Origin: Thraustochytrium aureum
Taxonomy: Eukaryota
Assembly (NCBI GenBank): GCA_012862495.1
Contig: BLSG01000402.1
Span: 404,861-454,984, forward strand
DNA length: 50,124 bases
Reading direction: 5' to 3'
Shown in pieces: positions 44,851 through 50,124 of this stretch (the first letter of the stretch is position 1; every line of letters starts with the position of its first letter). The notes beneath the pieces are model-generated. The model was not told the DNA's origin. It worked only from the letters and a program-made list of their open reading frames with translations, and did no database searches. A program made the translations under genes and the position numbers.

Positions 44851-45975
44851 CCTGCGTCGCTCAGGGCCCTGCCAGCCGTCCGCGTGCATGTGCGCCGCGC
44901 CCGGACCGTCGTGAGGCGAGGATGGAAGCCGCCGTGCCACCATGAGCAACGAGCTCTTCGCCATCCCCGGGGCGTTGGTTGGGCTTGCTTGTGGACTCAC
45001 CTGATCACCAGCCGGCCGGACTCCTCCCCGTGCAACGCAGACTATGGTGNNNNNNNNNNNNNNNNNNNNNNNNNNNNNNNNNNNNNNNNNNNNNNNNNNN
45101 NNNNNNNNNNNNNNNNNNNNNNNNNNNNNNNNNNNNNNNNNNNNNNNNNNNNNNNNNNNNNNNNNNNNNNNNNNNNNNNNNNNNNNNNNNNNNNNNNNNN
45201 NNNNNNNNNNNNNNNNNNNNNNNNNNNNNNNNNNNNNNNNNNNNNNNNNNNNNNNNNNNNNNNNNNNNNNNNNNNNNNNNNNNNNNNNNNNNNNNNNNNN
45301 NNNNNNNNNNNNNNNNNNNNNNNNNNNNNNNNNNNNNNNNNNNNNNNNNNNNNNNNNNNNNNNNNNNNNNNNNNNNNNNNNNNNNNNNNNNNNNNNNNNN
45401 NNNNNNNNNNNNNNNNNNNNNNNNNNNNNNNNNNNNNNNNNNNNNNNNNNNNNNNNNNNNNNNNNNNNNNNNNNNNNNNNNNNNNNNNNNNNNNNNNNNN
45501 NNNNNNNNNNNNNNNNNNNNNNNNNNNNNNNNNNNNNNNNNNNNNNNNNNNNNNNNNNNNNNNNNNNNNNNNNNNNNNNNNNNNNNNNNNNNNNNNNNNN
45601 NNNNNNNNNNNNNNNNNNNNNNNNNNNNNNNNNNNNNNNNNNNNNNNNNNNNNNNNNNNNNNNNNNNNNNNNNNNNNNNNNNNNNNNNNNNNNNNNACAG
45701 TGCATAGCTCAGTACGAGGATTCAGTAGAGTACTGCGAGCTCCTCGAGCACGAGTACGCTGCTGGTGCTTGAAGTCAAGGGTCTTCGATGGCGCCGTCCG
45801 ACGTCACCACGCCTGCTGGCCTCCCTCGAGGCGAGCTGTGATGTTCGTTCGCTGTGCACTGGCAGAGCGTCAACGCGGATCGAGTTGGTCGCCGAGCCGT
45901 CTGGATTGGTTGTCGGGCGGCGGCGTCGGGGTGCAAGGGGCTACCGGGGCGAGCCAGATCGGTGGGGTCGTGGCC

Positions 45976-46566
45976 ATGTTGCTGCTCAGGACCGCTCGAT
46001 GCGCTGGCAGAGCACAGCCTCGAGGTGCCGCGGCGAGGCGGCTGCTGAGCGGGCGCGCCACGCCCTCTGCAAAACGCGCCGCTTTCTTTGCTGCGCAAAA
46101 GGCTGCCGAGGCGGCGGGCGCTGGGGAATCTGCTGCTGTGAAAGTGAATGGGGCCTGGGGAGACAGGGTGATTCCCGAGGGGAAGCCGAGGATGGACGGG
46201 TTTGTGGAGGGCGAGACAAAGAGCGGGGACCAAGTGGTGTTTCAGAGGGAAGCGCCCAAATGCCTGCAGGCCGTGTACGACGGCCTTTGCGAGCTCAAGG
46301 GGCAAAACTCTACGATGAGCGTTGCGATAGTGCCAGGAAAGTCTGTGGAGCTCGAGTTTTCAGACAAGGACGCCCTCTACTCGCTCACGGCGTCGCACGA
46401 GTTGTGCTCGCTCAGCTTGATGACGCCAGTCAGCGGCGCGAACATGTACATGTTTTGTGAGCAGCGCAATCGCTGGCTCAGCATCGCAGACGAGCACGAC
46501 TTGGAGGGCATGTTGACGCGCGATTTGATGAGAAACGCGTTTGGGATGCCACGCTTCAGCCTCTGA
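45976..46566 (+). CDS. Divergent frataxin/CyaY-fold protein with a mitochondrial-type presequence
   Basis: Arg/Ala-rich presequence MLLLRTAR...RRLLS. Frataxin-like layout: FQREAPKCLQAVYDGL, VELEFSDKDALYSL, LSLMTPVSGANMY, WLSIADEHDLEGMLTRDL. Confidence 0.7.
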   Translation: MLLLRTARCAGRAQPRGAAARRLLSGRATPSAKRAAFFAAQKAAEAAGAGESAAVKVNGAWGDRVIPEGKPRMDGFVEGETKSGDQVVFQREAPKCLQAVYDGLCELKGQNSTMSVAIVPGKSVELEFSDKDALYSLTASHELCSLSLMTPVSGANMYMFCEQRNRWLSIADEHDLEGMLTRDLMRNAFGMPRFSL

Positions 46567-47029
46567 TGTTCTTGGTGAAGGGACAAGTATGCGGACGTTG
46601 ACCAGCAGTCGGACGGTCCGCTTTGCCCTTTCCCTAGCGAGGAGCCAAGTATTCGGGTCGCGGGCGCACTCTGCTGCAAAAAGAAGGATTACTGTTTCAG
46701 GTGAGGTATGCATCTGAAATGCTTTCCGCCCACACCGTTGCGCATTCGGGCTTGGTTGCTTGCACTGGGGCTGCTAAAGGGGCGGCCCATGCTTGGGTCC
46801 TTTTTCGTAGCAGATCTGTTTGGGACCCGAATCGGATCAGGATCAGGCACTGCTGTGGGTGCTGCCTAAACGAGGCCACGGCAAATGCTGGTGGCCAAAC
46901 CCGGCCCCGCGCGAGCCGAGCTCGGGGCTCGCTTTCAAGGCCTTTCCGGCCAAGTCGAAAAGTCTCGATTCGTTTTCCCTTCATCTTGTTGAAAATCAAT
47001 CAAAAGAAAAATGATAGCCGCGGGCCAGC

Positions 47030-47854
47030 TCATGCTGCGGGTCGACCTGCAGTTGCTCGGCTACTCCGAAGGCGAAGCAAGGCGCTAGCCACGACTGCCC
47101 CAGCCAATGCCATTGCGGCGTCTCGCCAGGCTCCGTGCAGACCCGAGGCGTACGCCATGCACGCGCGCAGCCAAAGACGTCGCAGCGCCGCTCCAAGCGA
47201 AGCGTCCGCCGCATACGAAGAGAGCCAATACCCGTTGTTCCTCCATCGGCTCACAGGGACCTCCTTGCGCTCGAGCTGCGTAAACGACCGGAGTCCGTCA
47301 ATAGAGAACGAGTTCTTCGTCTCGCGATAGCCCTTCGGGTCGCCTTGCTTCAAGAAAGACTCCTGCAGGGTCTTGCGGTCGCGCACGTGCTCGAAAATCG
47401 GAATCGAATACCCGCACGAGGAGGAGACGCGCTCCACGTCCAACACCACAATGCAGCGCGCCCCGATGTCGGCCGGCCAGTCACCGCGGTCGGCCAGGCC
47501 GAACGCTGCGCGCAAATCAGCACGCTTGCTTGTGCCGTCAAACAGAGCGTCTGGGAGCACCAGACGCCCCTTGCCGTAGAAGCGCACGATCTTCGGGGAC
47601 CCATTGAGCGCGACAAACATGATTGTGAGCCTGCCATTCTCCAGCAGGTGCGCCGCGGTCTCGGCGCCCGAGCCCGAGTAGTCCAAGTACGCGACGCGCG
47701 ACTCGTCCAAAACTCGAAACTCCTTGGCCGACTTGGGGCTCACGTTGACCCTGTTGCTCGCGGACAAGGGCGCCGAGGCCACGAAAAAGACGTGCTGCTT
47801 CGCGGTCCACTGGACCACGTCCTCCGGGATCGGCGGCCCCACAACCTTGCCCAT
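47030..47854 (-). CDS. Pyridoxamine 5'-phosphate oxidase-related FMN-binding split-barrel protein
   Basis: QHVFFVASAPL, VNVSPK, VAYLDYSGSGAETAAHLLENGRLTIMF, PKIVRFYGKG, SSSCGYSIP, NSFSIDGL. Confidence 0.9.
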   Translation of the reverse strand: MGKVVGPPIPEDVVQWTAKQHVFFVASAPLSASNRVNVSPKSAKEFRVLDESRVAYLDYSGSGAETAAHLLENGRLTIMFVALNGSPKIVRFYGKGRLVLPDALFDGTSKRADLRAAFGLADRGDWPADIGARCIVVLDVERVSSSCGYSIPIFEHVRDRKTLQESFLKQGDPKGYRETKNSFSIDGLRSFTQLERKEVPVSRWRNNGYWLSSYAADASLGAALRRLWLRACMAYASGLHGAWRDAAMALAGAVVASALLRLRSSRATAGRPAA

Positions 47855-48315
47855 CCTGCCAGCCCTCCACAAAGCCTCGCGCAATTCGAACCGAAGCCAG
47901 CTGCTGTTTCCTCGAGTACCTTGGCACGATCCTGGTCTGCCGGCGGCCGAGTCCGCCGCTCCGGGAGAGGTTGCACTGTCGGGACTCCGTGCGTACTCGC
48001 CGACCACACCGTTCGCGGCTTGTTCCCTCCCTCCACCCCGCGCCTGCGAAGGCCACGGCCAGCCGGCGGCGCCGATGTCGAGCGCCTTGAAAGATGGCCT
48101 TGGATCGGGCCGAGCGTGGCTGCCGTTGGCTGGATTGGATCAACTTGGATGGTGGGGTGGGGCGGCGGGCGCGCTTGAAGGGCACGCCTCCTGGTGGTCG
48201 CTCCAACTCACGCACCGAGCTTCACCATCAACGCAGCAACCTCAAGTCGAACAAGCTAGCCTCTAGCAAGAGAGATTGGCTCGTGCGTTGTGCGGATCCT
48301 CACGACTCGGGCATC

Positions 48316-48612
48316 GCGCACGAGCATGAAGCGACTGGGACGACGCCGCGCACGGGCCACGGAAAATGGAAATAGCGCGCCTGCAGCGCGGGCTGCGAGT
48401 CGAGGTGCAGCTCGTGACCCCGTGCGCGCGACAAAACAAATGAACAGCACGTCGTTGCGAGCGCGCCGTTCTCCAGCAGGTGCGCCGCCGCCGCCGCGCC
48501 CAAGTACGCGACGCACGGCTCGTTGATGACTGATGTTGCCTTGGCCGACTTGCGGTTCACGTTCTGCCTGTTGCTCGCTGACAAGGGCGCCAAGGCCAAC
48601 CGTGGACCACGT
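48316..48612 (-). pseudogene. Decayed, internally deleted tandem copy of the PNPOx-like gene
   Basis: APLSASNRQNVNRKSAK vs APLSASNRVNVSPKSAK, CVAYL vs RVAYL, AAHLLENG identical. The DNA at 48539-48597 aligns with 47722-47780, followed by deletions and frame loss. Confidence 0.85.
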
Positions 48613-49597
48613 TGAGGTTCCCGCGCTGTAGCGAGACGTGGCGAGGTGGACGTGGTGCCAGCACGTCGTGGCTCGATGGGTTGACCCGGGGGTTTAGCTT
48701 GGTGGATCTTCTCGGCGAGTGGTGGACGGCGCTGCGCGCCAAGCTGTGCTGCTGCAAGTAGCGCGTGCTTTGCGTGAGCGGGCAGAGTTCGCGGCTGGTT
48801 GCCGACGAGATTTTGCTATGGGCGCAATGCACGAGAAGGCAGGCAAATCGCGAAAGCTCAAAAGACCTCGCCAGGATTCACTGCATCAGTTTCGCCTTGG
48901 TTTCCGCCTTGTGGTCGAGTCATCACAAAGTTGCACTGGCGGATCAGCTGATGGTCTGTCCCCGGGAGAGTTTGCNNNNNNNNNNNNNNNNNNNNNNNNN
49001 NNNNNNNNNNNNNNNNNNNNNNNNNNNNNNNNNNNNNNNNNNNNNNNNNNNNNNNNNNNNNNNNNNNNNNNNNNNNNNNNNNNNNNNNNNNNNNNNNNNN
49101 NNNNNNNNNNNNNNNNNNNNNNNNNNNNNNNNNNNNNNNNNNNNNNNNNNNNNNNNNNNNNNNNNNNNNNNNNNNNNNNNNNNNNNNNNNNNNNNNNNNN
49201 NNNNNNAGGCAGGCCGGCCCCATGAGGACCAGACGCCAAACGCGAATCAAAGGCCGGATGACAGCTCCACGGCGTTGTCACGAGACGTCCGTGACAGGCT
49301 TGCTGATAGTTACCTGCGGATCAAAGTAGTTGGCGCCAGCAACTTCCTCGCGAAGCATGTAAAGGCGCGAGCCGCAGGCTAGCGAGCCCCACCCACAAGC
49401 GGCTTGACTCACGAAAGGCGCGAAGGCCTTTCTCGATCTTGAAGATCCATGGATCTTGTGAAAACCGTTTCGGACTCCGAGTCGCTTTGCAACCCGCTCA
49501 TCCGCGTGCGACCTCGCAGTGCTGCAGCCGCACAAAGCACCGCTGGTGGAGGGAGGACCTTGGCCGCGAACTTGTAAACCTGCTTGGCCGAGCGTCA

Positions 49598-50124
49598 TCA
49601 TTGCGCGTTCCGCAGAACCATCTCCAACAGGCACAGCTGGTTTGAGTTGTCAAACGCAGCAACAACCGACCCGTCCACTGCTGCCGCGCTTCGATTGATC
49701 ACGATAGCGGAGTCGCACGTGAAGCCCGCAGAGAGATTTCCGCTCAGCGCAGACACCGTGCTCCCGCCGTTCGTCAGCGCAGGCATCCGCAGCTCCTCCT
49801 GCGCCAGAAACACTGCTGCGTCCGCGTCTTCACTCAACTCGCCCGTCGCTGTCGACCACGAGAGCACGCGGCCAGATATGTCCCTCGAAACGACGTGCGT
49901 TCCGTTGCGCGAGAGGGCCACGGCCATCACACCAGCGGTGTGCCCCTCAAGCCGCCGGATCTCCTGCCCTGAATTGCCGTCCCAGATACGGACGGTATTG
50001 TCGGCGCCCCCCGAGACGATGCGCTCGCCGTTACCCGAGAGGGCCACGGCCAAGACACTAGAGGTGTGGCCCTCGAGCCGCCGGAGCTCCTGCCCCCGAT
50101 TTGGCGTCCCAGATTCGGACCGAG
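49598..50124 (-). CDS. 3' end of a WD40-repeat protein with highly similar repeats (HET-E-like WD array); continues beyond the window
   Basis: SVRIWDAKSG-QELRRLEGHTSSVLAVALSGNGERIVSGGADNTVRIWDGNSGQEIRRLEGHTAGVMAVALSRNG. One extra base lies in the C5 run at 50093-50097. Confidence 0.85.
   Translation of the reverse strand, partial: RSESGTPNRGQELRRLEGHTSSVLAVALSGNGERIVSGGADNTVRIWDGNSGQEIRRLEGHTAGVMAVALSRNGTHVVSRDISGRVLSWSTATGELSEDADAAVFLAQEELRMPALTNGGSTVSALSGNLSAGFTCDSAIVINRSAAAVDGSVVAAFDNSNQLCLLEMVLRNAQ

Noticed and set aside
33340..45772. ORFs that run through N blocks (e.g. starts at 34511, 39026, 45705, 44710)
   Set aside because: They are open only because N codons are not stops; their starts across the gaps are unsupported.
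48765..49382. Possible gene spanning the last gap
   Set aside because: No recognisable domain and it is interrupted by Ns, so it cannot be supported.
703..50097. About 7 frameshifts (near 705, 1026, 7632, 18655, 18711, 19712, 50095) as programmed frameshifting, insertional editing or tiny introns
   Set aside because: They go in both directions, can each be fixed by one base in a run of identical bases, and share no slippery motif or splice signals. They are best explained as sequencing indels; raw reads would settle it.
1..50124. Alternative genetic code, RNA genes or transposase/RT genes
   Set aside because: TAA, TAG and TGA all terminate recognisable genes at sensible positions. I saw no tRNA/rRNA or mobile-element coding signatures by eye.

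Overview
A GC-rich, gene-dense, nearly intron-free eukaryotic nuclear scaffold using the standard genetic code. The organism is a flagellated protist, since it encodes the axonemal outer-arm dynein intermediate chain DNAI1; a heterotrophic stramenopile is my guess and is not proven. About 16 genes lie in almost perfectly alternating orientation: a membrane-anchored SGNH-like protein, a giant calpain-like/EF-hand/C2 protein whose catalytic Cys is replaced, a helical-repeat protein, a Siw14-type phosphatase, a USP9/24/34-like deubiquitinase, DNAI1, a CPA2 antiporter with an ACT-like tail, a truncated RqcH/NFACT-R protein, an animal-like P2X receptor, two FUT8/GT23-like glycosyltransferases (one fused to GT15), an MFSD1-like transporter, a pentameric ligand-gated ion channel (pLGIC), a divergent frataxin, a PNPOx-like FMN-binding protein with a decayed tandem copy, and the end of a WD40 gene. 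The best candidate for something new is the Cys-less pLGIC. After splicing a 124-nt GT-AG intron it reads Ig-like (Big_5-like) domain, channel, probable fifth TM helix, then a SAM domain. The assembly is imperfect: there are 8 N-gaps (three collapse in frame through overlapping flanks) and about 7 single-base frameshifts, mostly at homopolymer runs. All domain calls come from motif recognition by eye, not from database searches.
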